Position numbers and translations under genes: made by a program | Notes under the pieces: model-generated | What the model saw: the letters and a program-made list of their open reading frames with translations, nothing else | What the model was told of the DNA's origin: nothing | Databases searched by the model: none | Origin: a virus | Direction: 5' to 3' (one strand) | DNA length: 64,000 nucleotides | IMG/VR virus record: IMGVR_UViG_3300035491_000281 | Shown here: positions 18,749 to 26,993 of the stretch, one piece after another | How the letters are laid out: each line of letters opens with the position of its first letter | Numbering within the stretch: the stretch's first letter is position 1

Positions 18749-19282
18749 TTAGGTCGATTCCATCAGACGGTAACTACCATCTTCCAACAAACGAGGATCG
18801 CCATTCTCCATCAGACGGGCATCGTCTGGAATACTCAAGGACGTGATATTCACGTCTGCTTCACCATACCAGACGAGACTGTCCGGTCGGGCTTTTAGGC
18901 GGTATGTAAACGACATACCCACCGGCGCCAGCTGCACGATGGCCATGGAAGTATCTTCCGGGCCGATGTACATACCACGAACACGGTTGATTTCCTCGAC
19001 GATCGCTTTGGGGGTAACCGCCCCACTTAAACTGATCTCGACGGGTTCTTTCAGTGCAATCCCAAAGTCCAACCGACGATACACGAACGGTTTCTTACAA
19101 TTGATGTCGGTGTTCTCGACCTCAATGAAGGTGCGTCCGGGTGAGGTTGGCGTTGGGGCCAAAAAGGGTTTTTCGAACCGAGCGGTCGCTTCGGTCAAAC
19201 CGAAGCGGGGTCGGATCTCTTGGATGAGCCGTACAAGGGCCTGCCGGGATGGCAAGTCGTACGGGAAACGGTCAGTTGCCAT
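18749..19282 (-). CDS. Putative virion structural protein
   Basis: 177 aa; FVYRRLD and SLVWYG motifs of jumbo-phage virion proteins; C-terminal RLxExG repeats. Confidence 0.55.
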   Translation of the reverse strand: MATDRFPYDLPSRQALVRLIQEIRPRFGLTEATARFEKPFLAPTPTSPGRTFIEVENTDINCKKPFVYRRLDFGIALKEPVEISLSGAVTPKAIVEEINRVRGMYIGPEDTSMAIVQLAPVGMSFTYRLKARPDSLVWYGEADVNITSLSIPDDARLMENGDPRLLEDGSYRLMEST

Positions 19283-19361
19283 TACCTGCCCTCAACTGTA
19301 TTTTAAGGACTTACTTATTCCCATAGCATTGTAATTTTTTACCGGGCGCCTCTAGGCTCCG

Positions 19362-19400
19362 ACGGCATAAGCCCTCCCCGTTTGGGGAGGGCGTTATGAC
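19362..19400. terminator. Hairpin repeat family member
   Basis: ACGGCATAA-GCCCTCCCC-GTTT-GGGGAGGGC-GTTATGAC. Confidence 0.65.
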
Positions 19401-19793
19401 TTACAAGATCTGTTTCAGTAGTTCGAAACTACCGGTGACGATCTGCGACAGGATTTGCATTCCACCGCTGCTGACTGCTGAATCCGCGTTGAGGATCTCG
19501 GTGATGGCGACGGTCACGGCAATGAAACCGATGAAGCCCGAGAAGATCAACACCGAGGTGCGGTACGAGTCGCTGTTGCGCACACCACCAACCTGCTTCT
19601 CCAGAATCCGCTCCTGTAACGCGGTATCCGGCAGCTGATAAATCAACGACAGCAGTTCCTGCCCGTCCATTTCCAGATTGACTGGTTTTTCACCCGGCAG
19701 GTACGCGTTCAACACCGCATGCAGGATGCGTGAGTACGGACTTTTGCGCAGAGGTTGGTCCCCCAGGTCAATCAGAACCTCTTCGACTTTCAT
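19401..19793 (-). CDS. Membrane protein with a C-terminal TM helix (lysis-associated candidate)
   Basis: Likely start MKVEEV at 19793; VLIFSGFIGFIAVTVAI hydrophobic segment; overlaps the end of the o-spanin. Confidence 0.55.
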   Translation of the reverse strand: MKVEEVLIDLGDQPLRKSPYSRILHAVLNAYLPGEKPVNLEMDGQELLSLIYQLPDTALQERILEKQVGGVRNSDSYRTSVLIFSGFIGFIAVTVAITEILNADSAVSSGGMQILSQIVTGSFELLKQIL

Positions 19794-20106
19794 GATACTT
19801 CTTCTCCAGTTCGGCCTGACGATTGACCAACGTCTGCAACGACCGGAGTTGTCGGTTACAGTTTCCCAATTCGTCGAGTAAGTGGTTGGCGTAATCATTT
19901 AACGCAAGGGTGCGGGCTTCCCAAAGGTCGACTACCCCGGGATAACGCGGGCGCGGGTCCGTCAACTCCTCAACGGTCAGCGGAACTGGAATGTAACACT
20001 CACGGTCCAGTGCGGCTTCCACATCGCCCCACTTGGGCGGGGGCGGTAGCGGCGCAGTAGGAGTCGCGCAAGCTACCAGCAATGAGCTGCAGACGAGCAA
20101 GGTCAT
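19768..20106 (-). CDS. Putative o-spanin (Rz1-like lipoprotein)
   Basis: Start MTLLVCSSLLVA-C (lipobox) behind GGGGAAGGGA; Pro-rich linker; CYIP and CNRQLRSL; overlaps the i-spanin 3' end in another frame. Confidence 0.7.
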   Translation of the reverse strand: MTLLVCSSLLVACATPTAPLPPPPKWGDVEAALDRECYIPVPLTVEELTDPRPRYPGVVDLWEARTLALNDYANHLLDELGNCNRQLRSLQTLVNRQAELEKKYHESRRGSD

Positions 20107-20569
20107 TCCCTTCCCCAGGTTTGACCACCGTTGCCACAGGCTCCTGGCGAGGCTTAGGCTGCGGTTTGGCAACAACCGTAGAGGTTGGGACAGGTACCGG
20201 TTCAACCACGTCAGGCATAGGCTCAGGAGCCGGCTCAGGGGTGGGCGTTGTAGTGTTCTGTTGGGTTTGAACCAGCTTGAGATATTCATGCGTAAATTCC
20301 TGCCGGCGTCGGCTTTGTTGACGAAGTTGAGCAAGCTGCTCGTCAATAAACTCGCCGACGGTTCGATTAGTGATCGCCTGACTCGCCTCTCGGTATACCA
20401 ACACCCCGGTGGTGGTTTGCAGGTTGACTTCGCTGCGGGTCAGCTGCTCTTGAGTCCGATCCAGTCGTTTGTATTGCAGGTAGGCAAACACGGTCAACAG
20501 AATGAACACACCGATAAAGATGCCCTCATACCATTTCAAACCGAACCCACGTAGTAGGGTTGTAAACAT
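20000..20569 (-). CDS. Putative i-spanin (Rz-like)
   Basis: Start MFTTLLRG at 20569; N-terminal TM IFIGVFILLTVFAYL, coiled coil, Pro-rich linker, C-terminal cysteines. Confidence 0.7.
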   Translation of the reverse strand: MFTTLLRGFGLKWYEGIFIGVFILLTVFAYLQYKRLDRTQEQLTRSEVNLQTTTGVLVYREASQAITNRTVGEFIDEQLAQLRQQSRRRQEFTHEYLKLVQTQQNTTTPTPEPAPEPMPDVVEPVPVPTSTVVAKPQPKPRQEPVATVVKPGEGNDLARLQLIAGSLRDSYCAATAPAQVGRCGSRTGP

Positions 20570-20591
20570 TCTCCATTGCTCCTTGGGCGGG

Positions 20592-21155
20592 CTAGAGCAC
20601 CTGCCGCAAATAGTAGCGGGCGATGGCCACAGCATCGACGCTGTGTTCATCCAGGTCTGACAGATTAACGTGCCACCGCATATCCGGCTGTACCGAAAGT
20701 GCGCGGCGCACGTCCTCCTTATCGGACATCTTGCCCTTGGCTACCCCCACCGCCTTTTTGACACTCGGTGGGTCGATCAGGTTGAAAGGCATATGCGGGT
20801 CGTATTCAAAGAGCACACCACGGATAGTTTGCACGCATTCCACCAACGCACTGAAGGATTGAGCAAAGCGACCCATGAAGGGGGCTTCGGCAATCACGAC
20901 ATGTGGGCGGAAATCGTAGAGCAAACCCCGCACGAGGTCCGCCTGTAGCTGCAGGCGGGCCACGCGACTTCCATGTAAATCAGCCGTGGACTGGTACCCC
21001 ATCTGACGGTCGTTGGCCACCAGCGTGAACGCTGTGGCCACATCGATCATCGGACTTTCCAAATCCCAGTCCAGTACTGCGATCCCCATGGTCGTGGTTC
21101 CCGGATCAATGCCTAACACCCGCAGCGGCGTCGCTTGAGGTGGGAGGATTAACAT
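20592..21155 (-). CDS. ruvC: RuvC-like Holliday junction resolvase
   Basis: VLGIDPGTT, VIAEAPF and DEHSVDAVAIA catalytic motifs. Confidence 0.88.
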   Translation of the reverse strand: MLILPPQATPLRVLGIDPGTTTMGIAVLDWDLESPMIDVATAFTLVANDRQMGYQSTADLHGSRVARLQLQADLVRGLLYDFRPHVVIAEAPFMGRFAQSFSALVECVQTIRGVLFEYDPHMPFNLIDPPSVKKAVGVAKGKMSDKEDVRRALSVQPDMRWHVNLSDLDEHSVDAVAIARYYLRQVL

Positions 21156-21164
21156 GGAACCTCC

Positions 21165-22052
21165 TTAGAGGAAGGTGGCGGCGTTAACGTCCTGCTCGCC
21201 CAGGGTCGGTTCCACCCCACCGACGTCTAGCGTGAAGGTGGCGCCATTGGTGGCGTAACCGAGCGCATGGTAGGTGGAGATGTGTACGTTGATCTGGGCG
21301 GCAATCACTTCCTTATAAGTGAAGGTTCCAGCACCGCCGCTGGACCCGGCCACTTCCTTATCCACACCAGAAACGAGAGCGATCTCGGAGATGACCGGCG
21401 AACGGGTGGAGCCCGTGCGGATCTTGTGGGCATTGAGGATTTCGGCAACGTCTTCTGCCGTCAGCTGTACCGTGACAATGGCCGAAGCCGATTCCGACGA
21501 ATTCGACCCCAGCACGACACCACTGTTGGAAATCTCCGGACGGACCGGGTTGAGGTTGTCGGTGGTCGGAGTGAACGGCGTGACTGTCGCCACCCCGTCG
21601 ATGACTTCCACTCGTTGCAGCTGCGCCACTACATCGGTCATGTCGATGCGACGCAGGTAGTAGGCGAAGTAGTTACGTCCGTTGTGTACTTCCTGCACAC
21701 GCAGGCCGTAGCGATCACGCAGGTGTTGCGGCAGGTCGTTGGTGACCTCGCGCAGGGCGAACGGAATCTGCCCGTACATCCCGGCATCGGTGGCGCGATG
21801 CGGGACTGGTACGCTTTCCGCACTACCGTCATCGGCTTGAACAGTCATGTGGCCGAGGTTACCGATGGCGAAGTAACGCATGCTCGGCACAACCCCAACC
21901 GCCGGCTTCACCCCGGCCTGGACATCGAAGCGCTCATTGAGGGTGGTGTTGGGAATCAGCGTAAAGGGCAGGCCCAGGTTTTTGATCGTCTGCAGGTAGG
22001 TACCGTAGACTGTACGCGTGATGCCGATGATTTCTTGATCGATAGCTGGCAT
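21165..22052 (-). CDS. Virion structural protein, phiKZ gp139-like
   Basis: 295 aa; NTTLNE, YFAIGNLGH, IPFALR..NDL, AYYLRRI, ISEIALVSGVD. Confidence 0.65.
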   Translation of the reverse strand: MPAIDQEIIGITRTVYGTYLQTIKNLGLPFTLIPNTTLNERFDVQAGVKPAVGVVPSMRYFAIGNLGHMTVQADDGSAESVPVPHRATDAGMYGQIPFALREVTNDLPQHLRDRYGLRVQEVHNGRNYFAYYLRRIDMTDVVAQLQRVEVIDGVATVTPFTPTTDNLNPVRPEISNSGVVLGSNSSESASAIVTVQLTAEDVAEILNAHKIRTGSTRSPVISEIALVSGVDKEVAGSSGGAGTFTYKEVIAAQINVHISTYHALGYATNGATFTLDVGGVEPTLGEQDVNAATFL

Positions 22053-22083
22053 TTGGGATTACTTCCTTAAACGGATAAAAGGC

Positions 22084-22692
22084 TTACGCTACCAGATCGC
22101 CAAGGCCGTGACGCTGGCCGAGAAAATGTACGGCGCAGTGCTGGTAGAGCTCAAAAAGAGTGGTGTAGGTCATTGCCGCTTCATGACTGACCCACTGGAT
22201 GGTGGAGTCGGTCGGGTAGCCTATCACACCATTGGTCAAAGAAGCCTCATAACTGAGCTGGCTGGGTTCTTTTAGCCAGTCCCGCGCTGGGGTATTGCGG
22301 CTATAGGTTTCCACCAAGTGCTTCACGGTGAGGTCAACCTCAAACACCCCTACTCCTGCCACGGTTACTCGTTTGGCCAGTCGACGCGGTTTAGGCGTTG
22401 TGGTACGTAATGTGGGATCAAGGGTGCGACCGGTCAGGAGCGCGTCGATCGCCAACGCTTCCAGCTCCTGCTGGGTATACGGTCGATTGTCCAGCGCTAA
22501 CCACCAAGTGTTGACTTCGTTGAGTTGCAGCGGTAGTGGTGCTTGGTCCAGGTCCCCGGTAGGCCAATGCCAGCCGCGAAAGAGTAGAGTACGCAGGGTT
22601 GGATGGCCCGGCTGGGTGATCACACTCATGTGCGCGATAGCGCCCAGACCCAGGTCACCCAACCGGAAATAACCTCGGGTGTTGTGTTTCAT
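22084..22692 (-). CDS. Hypothetical protein
   Basis: 202 aa ORF filling the gap; no recognised motif. Confidence 0.5.
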   Translation of the reverse strand: MKHNTRGYFRLGDLGLGAIAHMSVITQPGHPTLRTLLFRGWHWPTGDLDQAPLPLQLNEVNTWWLALDNRPYTQQELEALAIDALLTGRTLDPTLRTTTPKPRRLAKRVTVAGVGVFEVDLTVKHLVETYSRNTPARDWLKEPSQLSYEASLTNGVIGYPTDSTIQWVSHEAAMTYTTLFELYQHCAVHFLGQRHGLGDLVA

Positions 22693-22751
22693 GTGGCTTG
22701 TTCTCGTAGTAACAGCGTAACGCCCCGCCGGGTTAGGGCGGGGCAGTTAGC

Positions 22752-23243
22752 TTAAGGCTGGTAGCGCTCCGGTGCGCCGAGCACCATGACACAGGCCCAG
22801 AGTTGACCGTTGTCGCTGGGCTTGATCTCATGGATCTCGCTCAGGTTAAAGCCAATCCCCTCACCCTTAGGTACCGTGACGGGTTCATCGTTGATGTAGA
22901 TTGCCTGGTCAGCGTGAAGCGCGTAGGCAATCGAGGTCCCCGACTGACGCTTTCCTACCCAGTAGGTCATGCGGTCCAAGAACCCTACCTCGGGGTCGAG
23001 TTCAAGGTACCAGCCTACCACCGCTTGGTCGGCCTGCTTGCTTGGGAACTGCGCTTTGAAAGCACTGCGGATGGCATGCGGCCAGAAGAAGTAGCGACTG
23101 TAGCGGTAACGACTCAGCGCCTGCTGACCGTTCTCGCCCATGCGGCGGCGGTGCGATTCGGATTCAGTGAACTGTACCTGATCGCGCAGACGCTGTAGGG
23201 TCGCCAACGCCTCGTCGCTCAATTTAGGGAAACGAACGTACAT
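22752..23243 (-). CDS. Cupin/2OG-Fe(II)-like DSBH protein, HxD absent
   Basis: 163 aa; VPKGEGIGF...HEIKP distal-His strand pattern; FLDRM sits where HxD is expected. Confidence 0.45.
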   Translation of the reverse strand: MYVRFPKLSDEALATLQRLRDQVQFTESESHRRRMGENGQQALSRYRYSRYFFWPHAIRSAFKAQFPSKQADQAVVGWYLELDPEVGFLDRMTYWVGKRQSGTSIAYALHADQAIYINDEPVTVPKGEGIGFNLSEIHEIKPSDNGQLWACVMVLGAPERYQP

Positions 23244-23255
23244 ACGTAGTCCTTG

Positions 23256-23801
23256 TCACTCGTAGAGATAGATGAGGATGAAGCGCTGGTGTTTCACCGG
23301 CGGTACTTCATGCGGTGGGCTCCAAGCGGGGAACACGGTGGCACGACCCGGCTCATCCACCACAAAGGTGTCACCGATAAACAACCCGTCGCCGTTATCG
23401 CACAGCGGAATGACCATGTTGTACCGGTATTGTGCCAAGTCGATGTGCTCGGCCATGAACGAGCCGACATCGTAGCGGTTGAACAGAGCTTCTCCCAGTT
23501 CTGTACCTTCGATCTTCGGTGCCATGGAGCGGATCAGGGCGTTGAACTCCGCAGGTTGCTGCTTGTCGCCCAGGAAGTAGTAATGTGCATCAGTGGTCCC
23601 CTTGGTGGGACGACTGAGGATCTTATTGCGGAAGAACCAGCGCGCCGGGTGCATGGCGCGGAGTTCCTCAACCAACAGATCACAGACTTCCTTAGAAAAC
23701 ACTTCCACCCGTTGTGGGGCGCGGTCCGTAGGCTTCATGAAGTCCGCCTTCAAGACGACGGGCTTCAGCAGCGGCTGCAGCTTCGTAGCTAATGTACTCA
23801 T
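23256..23801 (-). CDS. 2OG-Fe(II) oxygenase superfamily protein
   Basis: NRYDVGSFMAE-HID, G.ATVF...PHEV...R; start uncertain (23801 or about 23738), overlapping the upstream gene. Confidence 0.75.
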   Translation of the reverse strand: MSTLATKLQPLLKPVVLKADFMKPTDRAPQRVEVFSKEVCDLLVEELRAMHPARWFFRNKILSRPTKGTTDAHYYFLGDKQQPAEFNALIRSMAPKIEGTELGEALFNRYDVGSFMAEHIDLAQYRYNMVIPLCDNGDGLFIGDTFVVDEPGRATVFPAWSPPHEVPPVKHQRFILIYLYE

Positions 23802-24300
23802 AGTCAGGGCTCTCCTGATAGAAGGTCTTACGGATGGTGTTGGCACGCTTGACTTCGTCGATGTAGTTGCGCATTTCCACCAGCTGGGCGGTAGCGCTAC
23901 TGAGATCGAACTCCATGCCGAACCGCTCCTTCAGCGCTGCGGTGAGATCCCGCAGTTGTTCTTCGAGTTTCAGGATGGCGGTGCCGACGATGTTTACTTG
24001 CTGGATCACCGGGTATTCCTTGGTGATCTTGTCCCGGGCTGCGGCATCGAGTTGTTCTTCGGTCATGACGATCGGCATTTCGAGCTTGTTCTTGATCTCG
24101 AAATTGTCAGCGGTGCCGACCACCATGTCGTTCTGGAAATCGAACATCACTTCGCGGTAGACGAAGAAATCATTGTTCAGCGTTTCCGGATCGACCCACA
24201 TCATCTCGGCCACCGGCTCGCCGGTGATCTTGTTGAACTGAATCAGGGCCCGGATTTTCTCACTGGGTACCGTGTAGGCTTCTGCTAATCGACGATCCAT
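23692..24300 (-). CDS. Hypothetical protein, possible tail-fibre chaperone
   Basis: 202 aa; RBS AAGGAG; directly follows three fibre genes; KITKEYP..QQ.N helical C-terminal half. Confidence 0.55.
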   Translation of the reverse strand: MDRRLAEAYTVPSEKIRALIQFNKITGEPVAEMMWVDPETLNNDFFVYREVMFDFQNDMVVGTADNFEIKNKLEMPIVMTEEQLDAAARDKITKEYPVIQQVNIVGTAILKLEEQLRDLTAALKERFGMEFDLSSATAQLVEMRNYIDEVKRANTIRKTFYQESPDYEYISYEAAAAAEARRLEGGLHEAYGPRPTTGGSVF

Positions 24301-24310
24301 GGGTTACTCC

Positions 24311-25633
24311 TTAAATGTTGACCCAGCCACCGCTCTGCCGAACGGCGCCGTAGACTTGGTTGTAGACGCTGAGATGGGCGCTCACTGAGATAGCGTAGAG
24401 CACCACCGTTCCGACCGGGTACGCGCTGATGTTCGAGTAGGTCACGTTGATGTTGTTCAACGCGGTTGCTCGGCTTGACTGCATGCCGATGTAGAGGACC
24501 TTGTTATTGGTCTTCTCGTAGGTGTCGAAGATAGCGCGGATATCGCCCCAGGTTTTATTCCCCAGCAGCAGCTTGCTTGCACCTACGGCACCAGTACCCA
24601 GGCGCTCCGGATCAAATACGTCGTGGGTCACCAGACTGGCTTTTAACCCGCTGCGGATGGCATCGTAAACCTGCTGGTAGGTACGTCCCTGGAACAGCAT
24701 CGAGTCCACCGCCGTACCATCCAACGGTAGTAGTCCGTCGATGGTGGTGTCCATCACCGCCGTGGTGTAGGCGCCGATCTGCTCAGCGGTCACCTCATGC
24801 GGGTCGTCGTAGTCGGTCAGGTGCGCATGCAGGGCAGGGATAGCGGTGAGTTGCAGGGCTTCACCCGTACCTTTAACCGTCATGTAGCGGTTAGTCACTG
24901 CCGGATCAATCGCATGTTCCGTTTCAGCCAGGTAGTAGTTGAACAGGTTCCCCAGACCCACCTGGACTTTAGTGACGCCGTGCGGGTTATTGTAGTTGTT
25001 GATATGCGCCGTGATCCCGGCGGTCAACACCTCAAGGGTATCCTCGGCCTCATCGAACAACACATCCCCGTAGTCTTCCTCATGAGCGACCGCCGCGGTG
25101 TCTTTGGTAAACGCCGCGCGTTTTAGCCGCTCCATTTGGTGGTTTACCGACTCTAGCCCGTACAGCTGCCAGAATTTGTGGTGGTGGGGTGCTGGGGTGT
25201 ACTCATAGGGCTTCCCGGCAATGCCGGCCCAGGTCACCGCCTGGTTTTCCGCCTTAAGTGCATCCATCACGACCGCGATATCCTCGCTGGAAAGGCTGTA
25301 CCAGCCGCCAACGGCTTGATAGCTCAGAGTGACTTTGGCACTCACAGCCGGGTTGGTCACAACTAAGATACCGCAGACTTCCTGACCGGTGACGGCCGTG
25401 AGTTCGCTGTACAGGTAAGTGGCCACATAATCCACACCAGGCGTGAGGCTGCGGCCCGTCACCCCATCGATCAGGCGTTGTTGCTCACTGCGGGAATAGA
25501 AGGCCCCGCGGCGCGGCATGATCACCCGGTGAGACCGGTTGGGTATGGTGATCAGCGTGTGCTGCTCATCCAAGACCCGGTTGGTCAGTTGCTTACCTGT
25601 CAGGTCAAGCGGTAAGAGCGTAATTTGCGTCAT
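24311..25633 (-). CDS. Tail/baseplate fibre protein with HxxxxxNPH repeats (gp145/146-like family)
   Basis: LPLDLTG...N.V..E.H N-domain; NPHGVTKVQVGLGN; C-terminal YPVGT...R..GW domain. Confidence 0.7.
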   Translation of the reverse strand: MTQITLLPLDLTGKQLTNRVLDEQHTLITIPNRSHRVIMPRRGAFYSRSEQQRLIDGVTGRSLTPGVDYVATYLYSELTAVTGQEVCGILVVTNPAVSAKVTLSYQAVGGWYSLSSEDIAVVMDALKAENQAVTWAGIAGKPYEYTPAPHHHKFWQLYGLESVNHQMERLKRAAFTKDTAAVAHEEDYGDVLFDEAEDTLEVLTAGITAHINNYNNPHGVTKVQVGLGNLFNYYLAETEHAIDPAVTNRYMTVKGTGEALQLTAIPALHAHLTDYDDPHEVTAEQIGAYTTAVMDTTIDGLLPLDGTAVDSMLFQGRTYQQVYDAIRSGLKASLVTHDVFDPERLGTGAVGASKLLLGNKTWGDIRAIFDTYEKTNNKVLYIGMQSSRATALNNINVTYSNISAYPVGTVVLYAISVSAHLSVYNQVYGAVRQSGGWVNI

Positions 25634-25642
25634 GTTGAATCC

Positions 25643-26989
25643 TCAGTTCGGACCCACCCAACCGCTGGCAGTACGCACGACCGCTCCGGTGATTTGAAGG
25701 GTAGTGGTGGTGGTTCCGTTACCGTTATAATGACCCTGTTGATGCAGGAAACGCACCAGGACAATTGTTCCGACCGGGTAGGTGTTAATGTCAGCGAAGG
25801 TCTGCGCGATGTAGCTGTTGCAGTTTGCCTTCGAGCCACGATAACCCACCGTGAATACCCGCGGTGGACGGCTACTGTACTGATTAAAGAGCGTCGGTAT
25901 ATACGTCCAACGTTGGTCACCTGTCAGGATGTAACGGTGGTCGAAGCTACCCGCGCCCAGACGCGCCTGCGCAAACCGCTCCGACGTTACGTTCGGGGCG
26001 TGGAGGTCTTTACGGGCATTGGCATAAAGCTGCGCGTAGGTGTAACCACCTAATCGCAAGCTATTCACTGCGGTTCCGGTACGGTTCAGTCGCTGCGACA
26101 GCATCAGGGTGACGTCACGCGCCGGGTACGAGTCGACCTGCTGCGGCGTAAGGCGGTGCGGGTTCTGACGATTGGTGGTATGACGGGTAAGGTCATCACC
26201 AAAGTTAGTCTCGACGTACTGGGCGGTGCGCAACGGGGTCATCATGCGGTCATGCTGACCAATTCCCAACACCCGGGCTTCAGCTTCGGTTGCCGGTGGA
26301 ATGTTGCTCAGCCGCTCCAGTTGAATCTGCACCACGTTGACGCGGTGCGGGTTCTGCTGATCGCGCATGTGATCGGCCAAGCGTTCCCACTGCGCGTTTC
26401 GCCGCGCGCGCAGTTCATCAAACCGACGGGTCAGGTCGAGAAACAGAGCTTCCATTTCACGTTGGCTGGCGTCTAGGATCGCCTCTACCATCCGCTCAAC
26501 CTGAAAACGGTACGGTTCAAAGCCGTACAGTTCCCAAAGGGCATGGGTATGACCCCCCGGGGTAAATTCCCCAGGGCGATCCTTCAGGTTTGCCCACTTC
26601 ACCGCCCGTGTATCGCTCAGCAGGCCACGCGCCAGTTCGATGATGGCAGGAGCCACACTGGTGAATTCCCCGCCGACCATCTGGGCATCGATGTAGAGAT
26701 GGCTGGTGACTCGTGGGTTCAGGATCACGATCACACTGCAGACTTCCCGCCCACTCAAGCCTGACGCTTTGGCGTTCAAGCCGGTGAACTGATAGTCGCC
26801 AGCCTTGAGGCGGTACCCGGTATTGTCCCGCAGTTGGACGTCGTCGGTGTAAAAACAGCCATGCTCCAAACCAAACGCCCGCATGGGTTTATCGGCGAGC
26901 GCACTGAGGTCATGGTACTCACCCAACACCCGATTGTCGGGGTTGGTTGCCGTCAAGTCCAACGGCAACGCTTGCAATAAAGGATTCAT
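25643..26989 (-). CDS. Tail fibre paralogue with NPH repeats
   Basis: Same architecture as 24311..25633. Confidence 0.7.
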   Translation of the reverse strand: MNPLLQALPLDLTATNPDNRVLGEYHDLSALADKPMRAFGLEHGCFYTDDVQLRDNTGYRLKAGDYQFTGLNAKASGLSGREVCSVIVILNPRVTSHLYIDAQMVGGEFTSVAPAIIELARGLLSDTRAVKWANLKDRPGEFTPGGHTHALWELYGFEPYRFQVERMVEAILDASQREMEALFLDLTRRFDELRARRNAQWERLADHMRDQQNPHRVNVVQIQLERLSNIPPATEAEARVLGIGQHDRMMTPLRTAQYVETNFGDDLTRHTTNRQNPHRLTPQQVDSYPARDVTLMLSQRLNRTGTAVNSLRLGGYTYAQLYANARKDLHAPNVTSERFAQARLGAGSFDHRYILTGDQRWTYIPTLFNQYSSRPPRVFTVGYRGSKANCNSYIAQTFADINTYPVGTIVLVRFLHQQGHYNGNGTTTTTLQITGAVVRTASGWVGPN

Positions 26990-26993
26990 CGTC

